Assembly (NCBI GenBank): GCA_017631035.1
Contig: JAGBUB010000031.1
Span: 39,360-103,359, forward strand
DNA: 64,000 bases
Source of the DNA: Alistipes sp.
GTDB lineage: Bacteria; Bacteroidota; Bacteroidia; Bacteroidales; Rikenellaceae
Direction: 5' to 3'
Positions 48,026 to 57,850 of this stretch are shown here, one piece after another. The translations under genes were made by a program, and so were the position numbers. The notes beneath the pieces were generated by a model. The model saw only the letters and a program-made list of their open reading frames with translations, did not search any database and had not been told where the DNA came from. The stretch's first letter is position 1. Each line of letters opens with the position of its first letter.

Positions 48026-48042
48026 TGGGCATACAATTTGCG
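48026..48042 (+). promoter_or_regulatory. Candidate sigma54-type -24/-12 promoter for grpE-dnaJ
   Basis: TGGGCATACAATTTGCG, i.e. GG-N10-GC, in the short intergenic gap. Confidence 0.5.
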
Positions 48043-48078
48043 CCATAGATATTAGAAATAATGATAAAACATATAGAT

Positions 48079-48684
48079 ATGACAAAGCAGAATATTAAAG
48101 ATCAGGATGTTACACAAGAGGAGGGCTTTGCTGCAGCCGAGGGTAATACCTCGTGCGAGGAGCCTTCAACCGCCAATATGGCAGACCACGAGCAGACAGC
48201 CTCTGACACAATGGCAGAGGGCGAGGAGTCGCAGCCCGCTCTGGAGCCTACCCCCGAGGAGGTGATTGCCGTATGGCGTGATAAATATATGCGTTTGCAG
48301 GCCGAGTTCGATAACTATCGTAAGCGTACGTTGCGCGAGAAGATGGATCTGGTTGCCAGCGGTGGTGCCGATGTGATTAAGTCGATGCTTTCGGTTTTGG
48401 ACGATATGTACCGTGCCGTAGCTGCGTCGGAGAAGAGCGACGATATTACTGCTCTGCGTGAGGGCGAGCGTCTGGTGTTGCAGAAGTTCGAGGAGGCTTT
48501 GCGCCAGAAGAGCGTAACCGAGATTGAGGCACAGGATAAGGAGTTCGACCCCGACTTCCACGAGGCGGTAGCTCGTTTTGCCACTGGCGAGGATAAGAAG
48601 GGTAAGATTATCGATGTTGTGCAGCGTGGTTATATGTTGGGCGACAAGGTATTGCGCTACGCAAAGGTAGTCGTAGGAGAGTAA
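48079..48684 (+). CDS. grpE: Nucleotide exchange factor GrpE
   Basis: R..AEFDNYRKRT, FDPDFHEA and GY.L.DKVLR.AKVVV; alternative ATG at 48061. Confidence 0.96.
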   Translation: MTKQNIKDQDVTQEEGFAAAEGNTSCEEPSTANMADHEQTASDTMAEGEESQPALEPTPEEVIAVWRDKYMRLQAEFDNYRKRTLREKMDLVASGGADVIKSMLSVLDDMYRAVAASEKSDDITALREGERLVLQKFEEALRQKSVTEIEAQDKEFDPDFHEAVARFATGEDKKGKIIDVVQRGYMLGDKVLRYAKVVVGE

Positions 48685-48707
48685 GGATGTTTTAGAAGAA
48701 AAGGACG

Positions 48708-49859
48708 ATGTCAGAAAAAAGGGATTATTACGAGGTGTTAGGCGTCGAGCGTAACGCTAATGCCGATGAGATAAAGAAGGCCTATCGTAAGGCCGCCATT
48801 AAGTATCACCCCGACAAGAATCCGGGCGATAAGGAGGCCGAGGAGAAGTTCAAGGAGGCTGCCGAGGCTTACGACGTGCTCTCTAATCAGGATAAGCGTG
48901 CACGTTACGATCAGTTTGGCCACGCAGGTATGAGTGGTGCTGCTGGTGGTGGTTTTGGCGGTGGCTTCAGCGGAGGATTCTCAATGGAGGATATCTTCTC
49001 TCAGTTTGGCGATATTTTCGGTGGCCACTTTGGCGGTTTCTCGTCACGTGGTGGCGGCCGTCGAGTAAATCGTGGTACAGATATCAGGGTGAAGGTACGA
49101 CTCACTCTTTCCGAGATTGCCAACGGTACAACCAAGAAACTCAAGATTGGCAAGACCATCGCTTGCGATAAGTGCGGTGGCTCGGGAGCAAAGGATTCGT
49201 CGTCATATTCAACCTGCTCGACCTGTAACGGTACGGGAGTTGTTACACGCGTAGAGAATACATTCTTTGGCCGTATGCAGACTCAGGGCGTATGTCCCAC
49301 TTGTGGCGGCGAGGGTAAGACTATCACCGCCAAGTGTGACAAGTGCTCGGGCGAGGGCGTTGTGCGTGGCGACGAGGTCGTTGAGATTAAGATTCCTGCC
49401 GGTGTAGGCGAGGGTATGGCCGTTACGGTGCAGGGTAAGGGTAATGCAGCACGCCGTGGTGGTGTGAATGGCGACCTGCTTGTGATGATCGAGGAGGAGC
49501 GTCACCCCGAGTTGGTACGTGATGGCAACGACCTTATCCACAACCTCAATCTTACCGTTACCACCTGTATCCTTGGTGGCGAGGTAGAGGTACCCACCAT
49601 CGATGGTAAGGCCAAGATAAAGATTGCCGCAGGTACTCACGCCGGCAAGGTATTGCGTCTTAGAGGCAAGGGTCTGCCCGATGTGAATGGTTATGGCAGG
49701 GGCGATATTTTGATTGTTGTCGATATCACCATTCCTTCGTCGCTCACATCCGAGGAGCGTAAGCTGGTCGAGAAACTTGCCGATCAGCCCCACTTCAAGG
49801 AGGCCGAGAGCGTTGAGCAGCAGAATATCTTCGAGCGAATGAAGAATTTTTTCAGATAG
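48708..49859 (+). CDS. dnaJ: Chaperone DnaJ
   Basis: HPD J-domain, G/F region, four CxxCxGxG repeats. Confidence 0.98.
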   Translation: MSEKRDYYEVLGVERNANADEIKKAYRKAAIKYHPDKNPGDKEAEEKFKEAAEAYDVLSNQDKRARYDQFGHAGMSGAAGGGFGGGFSGGFSMEDIFSQFGDIFGGHFGGFSSRGGGRRVNRGTDIRVKVRLTLSEIANGTTKKLKIGKTIACDKCGGSGAKDSSSYSTCSTCNGTGVVTRVENTFFGRMQTQGVCPTCGGEGKTITAKCDKCSGEGVVRGDEVVEIKIPAGVGEGMAVTVQGKGNAARRGGVNGDLLVMIEEERHPELVRDGNDLIHNLNLTVTTCILGGEVEVPTIDGKAKIKIAAGTHAGKVLRLRGKGLPDVNGYGRGDILIVVDITIPSSLTSEERKLVEKLADQPHFKEAESVEQQNIFERMKNFFR

Positions 49860-49883
49860 TATAAACCGTAAATAAACAATATT

Positions 49884-50345
49884 ATGGGATTTTTTTCACC
49901 GCATAAGCGTCACGCCAATAAGTTCAACTATATTCCGCGTTACTACGATCCCGTAAAGGAGGAGAGAGAGCAGCGCCGTGCCGAGCTTCGTGGCGAGCGT
50001 ATGGCCGAGAGGGGCGAGTATGAGCCTGGCCAGTATATTAAAGCCAAGCGCGAGGCTCGAGAGTTTCGCCAGATGAAGGAGCAGAGGGAGCGCAACTCTG
50101 ACAAGCGAAACAAGATGCTCACTATGGGCTTAGGATTGGTGTTGATCGCCATCTTTATCTATGTGCTTGTGCCCCGCATCGGCGAAATCTTCGAGATGGC
50201 TACATCAAATTCAGCCTCGTCGAAGCAGGTTGAGCGTCAGATGAACGAGTATAAAGAGTTCGACCCCTATGCGCCCATCGTTATCGTGCCCAACGACTAT
50301 GAGGAGGGCGATGAGTTGGAGATTACCGATATTAAATTTGAATAG
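49884..50345 (+). CDS. Hypothetical single-pass membrane protein
   Basis: KFNYIPRYYDP.KE N-terminus, charged helix, one TM helix; sits in the operon before mutL. Confidence 0.8.
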   Translation: MGFFSPHKRHANKFNYIPRYYDPVKEEREQRRAELRGERMAERGEYEPGQYIKAKREAREFRQMKEQRERNSDKRNKMLTMGLGLVLIAIFIYVLVPRIGEIFEMATSNSASSKQVERQMNEYKEFDPYAPIVIVPNDYEEGDELEITDIKFE

Positions 50346-50367
50346 TTAAATAACCTCAAACCCCAAA

Positions 50368-52443
50368 ATGGAGAACAAAATACGACTCCTACCCGAGATT
50401 GTAGCCAACCAGATTGCGGCTGGCGAGGTCGTGGATAATCCAGCATCAGCCATTAAGGAGATGATGGAGAACTCCATCGACGCGGGAGCGTCGTCGGTGA
50501 CGGTCAATTTCCGTAATGCGGGTTTGGAACTAATACAGATCGTGGACGATGGTTGCGGTATGTCGCCTATGGATGCGCGTATGGCCTTCGACCGTCACGC
50601 CACGAGCAAGATTGAGACCTTCGAGGATGTCTACCGTCTACAGACCTTCGGATTTCGTGGCGAGGCTCTGGCCTCGATTGCAGCCGTAGCGCAGGTGGAG
50701 TTGCGCACGCGTCAGGCTGATGATGAGATAGGTACTATTACCATCGTCAATGGCGGTGAGTTTATCTCGCAAACACCTACGATGTGCCCCGTGGGTTCGC
50801 AGTTTTTGGTGCGTAACCTCTTCTACACGGCTCCCGCACGCCGCAAGTTCAATAGCGACCGCACCAAGATGGTTAATGCCATCAAGCGTGTGTTCCGTCA
50901 AGTGGCGTTGTGTAATCCGCAGCTTCGATTCGAACTATTGTCGAACGATATGCCTATTATCACCCTGCCCGCAGGCTCGTTGCAGGAGCGAATTATAGGA
51001 GTTGTGGGCCGTCACATCAAGAGCAATCTGCTGGAGGTCGATGTCGATACCACCATTGTCAAGGTGCAAGGCTATGTGGGTCGCCCGTCGGCGGCCAAGC
51101 AGCGCAATGCCGAGCAGTATCTCTTTGTCAATGGTCGTTACTTCAATTCACAGCGAATCTATCGTGCCATAATGAAGGCCTACGAGAAGCTGATTCCCGA
51201 AAAGGAGTATCCATCATATTTTCTCTACCTTACCGTCGACCCCGAGCGCGTCGATGTGAATGTGTCACCGCATAAGACCGATGTGCATTTTGCCGATGCC
51301 GAGGAGGTCAATCAGATTGTTACGGCGGCCGTGCGTAGTACGCTCGCCAAGAGTGGCAGTGTGGCGATGATGGATTTCGAGAATAGTGTCGCAATCGATA
51401 TTCCTGTGCTGGGCAGTGCTCCAAAAGTAAATTTAGCCGAGCCGCGTAGCACGTCGCAGAGCGACTATAACCCTTTCCGCGAGGATTATGTCGATGCGGT
51501 GGAGCCATCGATTGAGATAGAGTCCGCTTTCGACGACCCCTTTGAGTGTGCCCAGCGTAGTCGTATGCAGACACCTCCGCCCGCACCCAAGCCAAAGTCT
51601 CCGACTAATAGCCTGCACGATGTGGCTTGGCAGGAGATGGCAGCGGTGAGCGACTTTGCTATCACGGCTGTGCCACAGACCCCACCCCATAGCGAGGTGA
51701 CGTTTGAGTGGTCGAGCGAAGTGGAGTTGGATAATTGTAGCGAGATAGAGTCTTCACTCTCGGAGCCTGATGTTGAATTCGAGCTCCAGACCGAGATTGA
51801 GCAGGAGACAGATGCCGAGCATAGCACATTGGAGTTTGTGCCCACCATTGTGCAGAGCCAGATTGAGTATGAGCAGGCTATGTCGTTCTCGGGCGTTATG
51901 CCCTTAGCGAGTGGTTATGCCATAGCAATGAACGGCGCGCAGGCAATGATCGTTGATTTGCGCCGAGCCAAGGAGCGTATACTCTACGACTCATATATCA
52001 AGCAACTTGGCGTAGGCTCGATGGCTTCACAGAAGTTGCTCTTCCCCGAGAGCTTAACCCTTGACGAGGGTGACTATCAGTTGCTTGCTGAGCACGAGGT
52101 GGAGTTCGCAGCTCTTGGCTTTGAGCTTTCGTTGCAGCCTGATGGGGTAGTGGAGCTTAACGCCATCCCGTCGAGCATTACAGGTGAGCAGGCCGATACG
52201 CTACTCTACGAGTTATTGCAGGAGATTGCATCGCAGGGCAATGCCACCGAGCGAATGCGTAGCGATATGGCTCGAGTGATGGCAGTAAGAGGCTCACGCC
52301 TTTCGGAGCAGGGACTTACGAGCGAAGAGGCAATGGCAATGTTGCAGAGCCTTGCTAAGTGCGAGAATTATAGTTTTAGCCCCTCGGGACGTAGCATTAT
52401 GGCTCCGCTTACAACCGAGGAACTTAAATCGAAGTTGAATTAA
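50368..52443 (+). CDS. mutL: DNA mismatch repair protein MutL
   Basis: NQIAAGEVV, ENSIDAG, HATSK, GFRGEALASI, VDVNV.P.K. Confidence 0.96.
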   Translation: MENKIRLLPEIVANQIAAGEVVDNPASAIKEMMENSIDAGASSVTVNFRNAGLELIQIVDDGCGMSPMDARMAFDRHATSKIETFEDVYRLQTFGFRGEALASIAAVAQVELRTRQADDEIGTITIVNGGEFISQTPTMCPVGSQFLVRNLFYTAPARRKFNSDRTKMVNAIKRVFRQVALCNPQLRFELLSNDMPIITLPAGSLQERIIGVVGRHIKSNLLEVDVDTTIVKVQGYVGRPSAAKQRNAEQYLFVNGRYFNSQRIYRAIMKAYEKLIPEKEYPSYFLYLTVDPERVDVNVSPHKTDVHFADAEEVNQIVTAAVRSTLAKSGSVAMMDFENSVAIDIPVLGSAPKVNLAEPRSTSQSDYNPFREDYVDAVEPSIEIESAFDDPFECAQRSRMQTPPPAPKPKSPTNSLHDVAWQEMAAVSDFAITAVPQTPPHSEVTFEWSSEVELDNCSEIESSLSEPDVEFELQTEIEQETDAEHSTLEFVPTIVQSQIEYEQAMSFSGVMPLASGYAIAMNGAQAMIVDLRRAKERILYDSYIKQLGVGSMASQKLLFPESLTLDEGDYQLLAEHEVEFAALGFELSLQPDGVVELNAIPSSITGEQADTLLYELLQEIASQGNATERMRSDMARVMAVRGSRLSEQGLTSEEAMAMLQSLAKCENYSFSPSGRSIMAPLTTEELKSKLN

Positions 52444-52475
52444 TAGTTAGGCCGTAAGGCCAGAGATAATAAAAT

Positions 52476-53132
52476 ATGTACGTATATAGAAAGCCTTCCA
52501 CCCCGCCGGTGGTGAAGAATCTTATTATAGCCAACTGTGTGGCGTTGCTCGCAACAACATTGTTGCCCTTTGGCGATGAGTTGATGATGCGCTTTGCGTT
52601 GTTTAATGCACAGAGCCCGCTCTATCACAGCTATCAGCTCTTTACCTATATGTTCCTCCACGGAGGCGTGTCGCACCTCTTCTTCAATATGTTCGCGCTA
52701 TGGATGTTTGGCCGTCAGCTGGAGTATGAGTTGGGTTCGCAGCGATTCTTTACCTATTATATGGTATGTGGCGTAGGTGCCGCATTGTTGCAGTTGGGCG
52801 TTGGCTATGCCGAGTATCAGCACGCTGTCGCAGCGGGCGGATTGCAGTCGGCTATGCAGCTCTTGTATGTGCCCACGGTGGGTGCCTCGGGTGCGGTGTT
52901 TGGCCTGCTGTTGGCGTTTGGCGTGTTGCATCCCAACAATGTGATTATGCTTATCTTCCCACCCATTGCGATGAAGGCCAAGTGGTTTGTGGTAATCTAC
53001 GGTTTGCTGGAGCTCTTTTTCGGTCTGTCGGGCTATCAGTCGGGTGTGGCACACTTTGCTCACCTGGGAGGTATGCTATGGGGTCTGGCTCTGCTCTATT
53101 GGTGGAAAAAGCAACGTAAGATCTTCTTCTAA
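52476..53132 (+). CDS. Rhomboid family intramembrane serine protease
   Basis: HLFFNM, VGASGA (catalytic Ser) and AHFAHLGG (catalytic His). Confidence 0.95.
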   Translation: MYVYRKPSTPPVVKNLIIANCVALLATTLLPFGDELMMRFALFNAQSPLYHSYQLFTYMFLHGGVSHLFFNMFALWMFGRQLEYELGSQRFFTYYMVCGVGAALLQLGVGYAEYQHAVAAGGLQSAMQLLYVPTVGASGAVFGLLLAFGVLHPNNVIMLIFPPIAMKAKWFVVIYGLLELFFGLSGYQSGVAHFAHLGGMLWGLALLYWWKKQRKIFF

Positions 53133-53138
53133 AGCGGT

Positions 53139-54440
53139 ATGGCTGAATATTACGGCAAAACATACTCCTCTTTGGCGCGTAATCGTCGTCGCTCGGCTTT
53201 GGGACTACTCCTCGATATGATTATGGGAGTGGTGTCGTTGTGTGTGGTCGTGGTCTTCATCGCCACGCTCTTCGTGCCCACACTAGACCCGCGCGAGTGG
53301 GGCGAAATTACTACGTTGGGACTCGTCGCTCCGTTTATCTATGCCGCACAGGCGTTCGTTACGCTCTATTGGATTGTGCGCTGGAAGGTGGTCATTGCTA
53401 CGTTTATGGTGGTGGTGTCGCTGTTCGGTTTGTTTCAGCTGCCACTATTCTATAAGATTGAGACCCGCCGTGTCTATACCGAGCCTAACTTGCGTCCCCG
53501 CTACGATAGCCGTGCGCTAAAGGTGGTGAGCTATAATGTGCGTAGTTTTATCGATGACGAGGGTGGTCGATGCATCGACTCGCTTGTGGCAATGCTTAAG
53601 GTTATAAATCCCGATATATTGTGCTTGCAGGAGATGGGCTTCAGCGATATAGCCGATTCTCTTCTTGCTCCGCTTAACCCTATGCCCAAGTCGTTATCGC
53701 GAGTGAATCTAAGCCCAGCCATCTATAGTCGTTATCCCATCATTCGTGCGGGTCGTGTCGATTCGCTGAAGAACTTTGTGTGGGCCGATGTGGTGATTAA
53801 GCAGGGTGGCAACGAGGATACATTGCGAGTATTCAGCACACATCTCCACACCACAGCCATCCGCCGCGATGACAGCGAGTATATCGAGCGTCACGAGTAT
53901 CTTGAGGATGATAGCCTGCAGCAGGTGCGCAGTATGCTTACTCGCCTTACCGAGAACAACCGCTTGCGTGCTCCGCAGGTCGATACCCTGGCGCAGATGG
54001 TGGCCTCGTCGCCCTATCCGGCCATTGTGTGTGGCGACTTTAACGACACCCCCATATCATACACCTATCGCACCATCGCACGCCACCTGCAGGATGCATT
54101 TCCGGAGGCTGGCCGTGGTTACTCGCACACTTATCGCGGATTCTACGATATGTTGCGTATCGACTATGTGATGTGTAGTGATGAGTTCGAACCTCTGTCG
54201 TATGAGATAATCGATTCGTGGACACTCGAGCAGGTGGCACGTCGACAACGAGGAGTGCGCGATACGGTATGGCGTCGTACATACGGCTACCAGCGTGATT
54301 TGCCCTCGTTCGAAGGACTTGTCGAGTCGGGCGAGGCGTATGAGGGCGATAGTACAAACTATTGGGTAAATAATCAGGTGCTCTATTCGGACCACTATCC
54401 TGTGTTTGTGCGACTACTTTATAACGGAAAAACCAATTAA
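53139..54440 (+). CDS. Membrane-anchored endonuclease/exonuclease/phosphatase (EEP) family protein
   Basis: Three N-terminal TMs; SYNV, CLQE, CGDFNDTP, RIDY and SDHYP. Confidence 0.9.
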   Translation: MAEYYGKTYSSLARNRRRSALGLLLDMIMGVVSLCVVVVFIATLFVPTLDPREWGEITTLGLVAPFIYAAQAFVTLYWIVRWKVVIATFMVVVSLFGLFQLPLFYKIETRRVYTEPNLRPRYDSRALKVVSYNVRSFIDDEGGRCIDSLVAMLKVINPDILCLQEMGFSDIADSLLAPLNPMPKSLSRVNLSPAIYSRYPIIRAGRVDSLKNFVWADVVIKQGGNEDTLRVFSTHLHTTAIRRDDSEYIERHEYLEDDSLQQVRSMLTRLTENNRLRAPQVDTLAQMVASSPYPAIVCGDFNDTPISYTYRTIARHLQDAFPEAGRGYSHTYRGFYDMLRIDYVMCSDEFEPLSYEIIDSWTLEQVARRQRGVRDTVWRRTYGYQRDLPSFEGLVESGEAYEGDSTNYWVNNQVLYSDHYPVFVRLLYNGKTN

Positions 54441-54452
54441 CCCAGATAAGTT

Positions 54453-54902
54453 ATGATTCTCGATTCATTAAAAAACAAAGCGCAGTATGCTGCCTTGCAT
54501 CCTCGCTTTCAGCAGGTGTTCGATTTTATCGACAATAACGATGTAGCATCAATGCCTTGCGGTCGTCACGATATCGACGGCGACAACATCTTCGTGGTAG
54601 TGCAGGAGTTGGATTTGCGTGAGCTCAAGGAGGCTCGCCTCGAGCTTCACCGCAAGTATATCGATATTCAGTTGTTGTTGAGCGGTCCCAACGAGGTATT
54701 CGGTTGGAGCGAGAAGAAGGATTGCCTTACTCCCGAGACCGATTTCGACGTGGCTAAGGATATTCAACTCTTCACCGACACTCCTCAGTGCTTCTATAGC
54801 GTAGGCGAGGGTCAGTTCTCAATCCTCTTCCCCGAGGATGGTCACGCTCCTATGCTTGGCCAGGGTCGTGTTAAGAAGTGTATCTTTAAGATCGCCTTGT
54901 AG
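54453..54902 (+). CDS. YhcH/YjgK/YiaL family protein
   Basis: E.HRKYIDIQ, F.I.FPEDGHAP. Confidence 0.92.
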   Translation: MILDSLKNKAQYAALHPRFQQVFDFIDNNDVASMPCGRHDIDGDNIFVVVQELDLRELKEARLELHRKYIDIQLLLSGPNEVFGWSEKKDCLTPETDFDVAKDIQLFTDTPQCFYSVGEGQFSILFPEDGHAPMLGQGRVKKCIFKIAL

Positions 54903-54917
54903 TAATACACCATAAAT

Positions 54918-54951
54918 AAAAAGGGTGCCCAATTGCTGGGCACCCTTTTTT
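54918..54951. terminator. Bidirectional intrinsic terminator
   Basis: AAAAAGGGTGCCCA-ATTGC-TGGGCACCCTTTTTT. Confidence 0.92.
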
Positions 54952-54968
54952 GTGTTTATGCTGAAAGA

Positions 54969-57092
54969 TTATTTCAAATACTTATCCAACCAGCCGAAGA
55001 ACTCGCGGTTCCATACGATTGAGTTCTGGGGCTTGAATACCTGATGGCCCTCGTTCTCAAACTCCACAAGACGAGAATCCACACCCTTCAGACGTGCTGC
55101 GGTGAATGCCTGCAACGACTGAGTGTAGGGGATACGGAAGTCGTACTCACCTGTGATAATCATAATGGGGGTATCCCACTTGTCGACGAACTTGTGAGGA
55201 GAGTTGGCATATGAGCGCTGTGCCACCTTGTTCTCCTTGTCCCAATAGTTGCCACCGTAGTCGTGGTTGATGAAGAACAACTCCTCGGTCTCGCCATACA
55301 TTGACTCAAAGTTGAAGATACCGCAGTGTGAGATAAATGCCTTGAAGCGCTTGTCGTGGTTACCCGCAAGGTAATATACCGAGTAACCGCCATACGAAGC
55401 ACCCACACAACCCAACTTGTCGGTGTTGCACCAAGGCTCCTTAGCTACAGCGTCGATAGCGGCCAGGTAGTCCTGGATGTTCTGACCTGCGTAGTCACCC
55501 GAAATCTGCTCACGCCACTCGCTGCCGAATGAGGGGCAGCCACGGCGGTTGGGGGCAACTACTACATAACCCTGCGATGCCATCAGCTGGAAGTTCCAAC
55601 GATAGCTCCAGCCCTGCGATACTACGCTCTGAGGACCACCCTCGCAATAGAGCAGAGTGGGGTACTTCTTCGTGGGATCGAAGTCGGGCGGAAGGATAAC
55701 CCAAGTGAGCATCTCCTTGCCATCGGTGGTCTTAATCCAACGCTTCTGCACCTCGCCCATCTTAACGTTGTCGTAGACGTGGGCGTTGATATTTGAGAGC
55801 TGTGAGAGTGAGCCATCCGCAAGGTTAGCCTCGTAAATCTCCTTGTCGCGGCTGATTGTCATCAGCGTTGTGAGACACTTGTCGCCTGCGATGCTCATCG
55901 TAGCGATGTCGTGGTCACCCGAGGTGATTACATCCACCTTCTTTGCGTCTGTTACCACCTTGCAAATCTGCTGTGTGCCTTCGATGGGCGAGAGGAAGTA
56001 GAGAGTAGAGTTGTCCTTCCAGATAACGTTCGATGCGCTGTGGTCGAAGTCGGGGGTGAGGTATGAGTGCTGCTGCGATGCAAGGTCGTAGACAAAGAGG
56101 CGATCCTTGTCAGACTCGTAGCCCGGCGTTGCCATCGAGCAGAATGCCAACTGTGAGTCATCGGGTGACCAGACGGGGTAGCGGTCGTAACCCACAAACT
56201 CCATAATGCGCATACCGCGATTGGTGAGAATCTTGTTGATGTTGAGTGTTGAGCCATCCTCGGTATTATATATAAATATATCCGAGTCGGTCGAGATGGC
56301 ATACTCTGTACCTGTTAAGGGCTTGCAGGTGTATGCCAGCATCTTGCCGTTGTTGCTCCACGCAATCTCCGCTACGTCGAAGTAGGGTGCCAGAGGAGCA
56401 TCCCACGCAGCATCAGCACCGAGGATATCCTTGTCGTTCTTCACGCCATCGGCCGCAATGTCAGCCACGAAGATGTGGCTATACTCGCCCTCATCCCAAT
56501 AGTTCCAGTGGCGGGCCATCAAATCGTCGTAGATGCGGGCCTGCGACTTGTCCATATCCTTGTGTACGTCCGAAGACTTGACATCGGCTGCGTGTACCTT
56601 CTTTACATAGAATAGCTTGTCGCCTGTGGGTGCAATGCCATAGCCCTCAATGCCGCCCTCTACGTTGGTGAGCTGCTTCTGTGCAGAGCCATCGGCCTTC
56701 ATCTGCCACACCTGTGATGAGCCACTACGAGCCGAGGAAAAGTAGATGAGCGAGCCATCGGCACTCCATTGTGCGTCGGAGTTGCTCGATGTGTTGTCGG
56801 TAAGAGCCTTCTGCTCGCCCGACGCCATGTCGCGAGTGTAGATTTGTGTCAGGCTGCGGTTCTCAGCCACGCTGTAATATGTCACGGTGTAGAGTGCAGT
56901 CTTGCCATCGGGCGAGAGTGCTGCGCCACCCAGACGCCCCATCTTCCACATCACATCGGGAGTAAAACGAGCCTCGGCAATCTGCTCTGCTGTGAGCGTA
57001 TTGTCGATTTCAAGCGCCGAGCCCTGCTCCTTGGGAGCACAGGCACCGAGCGTTAATGCTGCAATAGCCATAATAAAGGTTAATTTTTTCAT
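54969..57092 (-). CDS. S9 family peptidase (dipeptidyl-peptidase 5-like), lipoprotein
   Basis: LGAC lipobox; beta-propeller repeats; GASYGG, DFRIP and EGH catalytic triad. Confidence 0.92.
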   Translation of the reverse strand: MKKLTFIMAIAALTLGACAPKEQGSALEIDNTLTAEQIAEARFTPDVMWKMGRLGGAALSPDGKTALYTVTYYSVAENRSLTQIYTRDMASGEQKALTDNTSSNSDAQWSADGSLIYFSSARSGSSQVWQMKADGSAQKQLTNVEGGIEGYGIAPTGDKLFYVKKVHAADVKSSDVHKDMDKSQARIYDDLMARHWNYWDEGEYSHIFVADIAADGVKNDKDILGADAAWDAPLAPYFDVAEIAWSNNGKMLAYTCKPLTGTEYAISTDSDIFIYNTEDGSTLNINKILTNRGMRIMEFVGYDRYPVWSPDDSQLAFCSMATPGYESDKDRLFVYDLASQQHSYLTPDFDHSASNVIWKDNSTLYFLSPIEGTQQICKVVTDAKKVDVITSGDHDIATMSIAGDKCLTTLMTISRDKEIYEANLADGSLSQLSNINAHVYDNVKMGEVQKRWIKTTDGKEMLTWVILPPDFDPTKKYPTLLYCEGGPQSVVSQGWSYRWNFQLMASQGYVVVAPNRRGCPSFGSEWREQISGDYAGQNIQDYLAAIDAVAKEPWCNTDKLGCVGASYGGYSVYYLAGNHDKRFKAFISHCGIFNFESMYGETEELFFINHDYGGNYWDKENKVAQRSYANSPHKFVDKWDTPIMIITGEYDFRIPYTQSLQAFTAARLKGVDSRLVEFENEGHQVFKPQNSIVWNREFFGWLDKYLK

Positions 57093-57153
57093 AGATTCTA
57101 TTCGAGGTTTAACTTCAATTTCTTATTTTTGTCTTTGGAAACCGATTTTTTGT

Positions 57154-57822
57154 ATGAATACACTCTCATCATACCGCACCACAGCCGCCGAGCAGGGATT
57201 GACGGTGCCCATTGCAGACGATGGCTCCATTCGTGTGTGGTTTGCTATGCGCGAGTTGCGCTTTGCTACACGCCCCGATCCGCTGGCCTATGTAGTACCC
57301 GTGGAGGATGCCTCATTGGTTTCCAGAGCGAAGTTAATCACTTTTCTTGAGAATTACAAAACTGTAGTGGTTTTGACCCCCGATCCTATGGCCGCATTCG
57401 AAGCCTTTGCCGCACAGATGGTGTGGGTTGAGGCGGCCGGTGGAGCCGTTGAGAATGAGCGTGGCGAGGTGGTTATGATTCGTCGCAACGAGCGATGGGA
57501 TCTGCCCAAAGGCCATCGTGAGCAGGGTGAACTTTTTGCCCAGTGTGCTGCACGTGAGGCCGAGGAGGAGACCGGTGTGAAGGTCAATAGCGTGGGCCGT
57601 CTGCTAGCAACCACACTCCACGCCTATAACCTTTATGGCCGTTGGGAGCTTAAACTCACTGCCTGGTATGCTATGCAGGCCCGAGATTGCACTCTGCATC
57701 CGCAGGGCGAGGAGGGTATCGTTTGTGCCGAGTGGGTATCGCGTGAAGAGATAGCCTCAAGAATAAAAAATACCTTCCCCACAATTAAAACTGTCTTTGA
57801 GGCGTTCTTAGGTGAGGAGTAG
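57154..57822 (+). CDS. NUDIX hydrolase with N-terminal extension
   Basis: AAGG.V.N and WDLPKGHREQGE...CAAREAEEETGV Nudix box; -7 box TATTTTTG at 57124-57131. Confidence 0.88.
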   Translation: MNTLSSYRTTAAEQGLTVPIADDGSIRVWFAMRELRFATRPDPLAYVVPVEDASLVSRAKLITFLENYKTVVVLTPDPMAAFEAFAAQMVWVEAAGGAVENERGEVVMIRRNERWDLPKGHREQGELFAQCAAREAEEETGVKVNSVGRLLATTLHAYNLYGRWELKLTAWYAMQARDCTLHPQGEEGIVCAEWVSREEIASRIKNTFPTIKTVFEAFLGEE

Positions 57823-57850
57823 TGCAACGAATAATGTAAATTTAGGATTT

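Noticed and set aside
56902-57153. N-terminal extension of the NUDIX ORF overlapping the S9 peptidase (likewise extensions of nagB, ilvD, sufE, lptD, porX)
   Set aside because: These are longest-ORF artefacts from alternative starts. They cross promoters, the attenuator or neighbouring genes.
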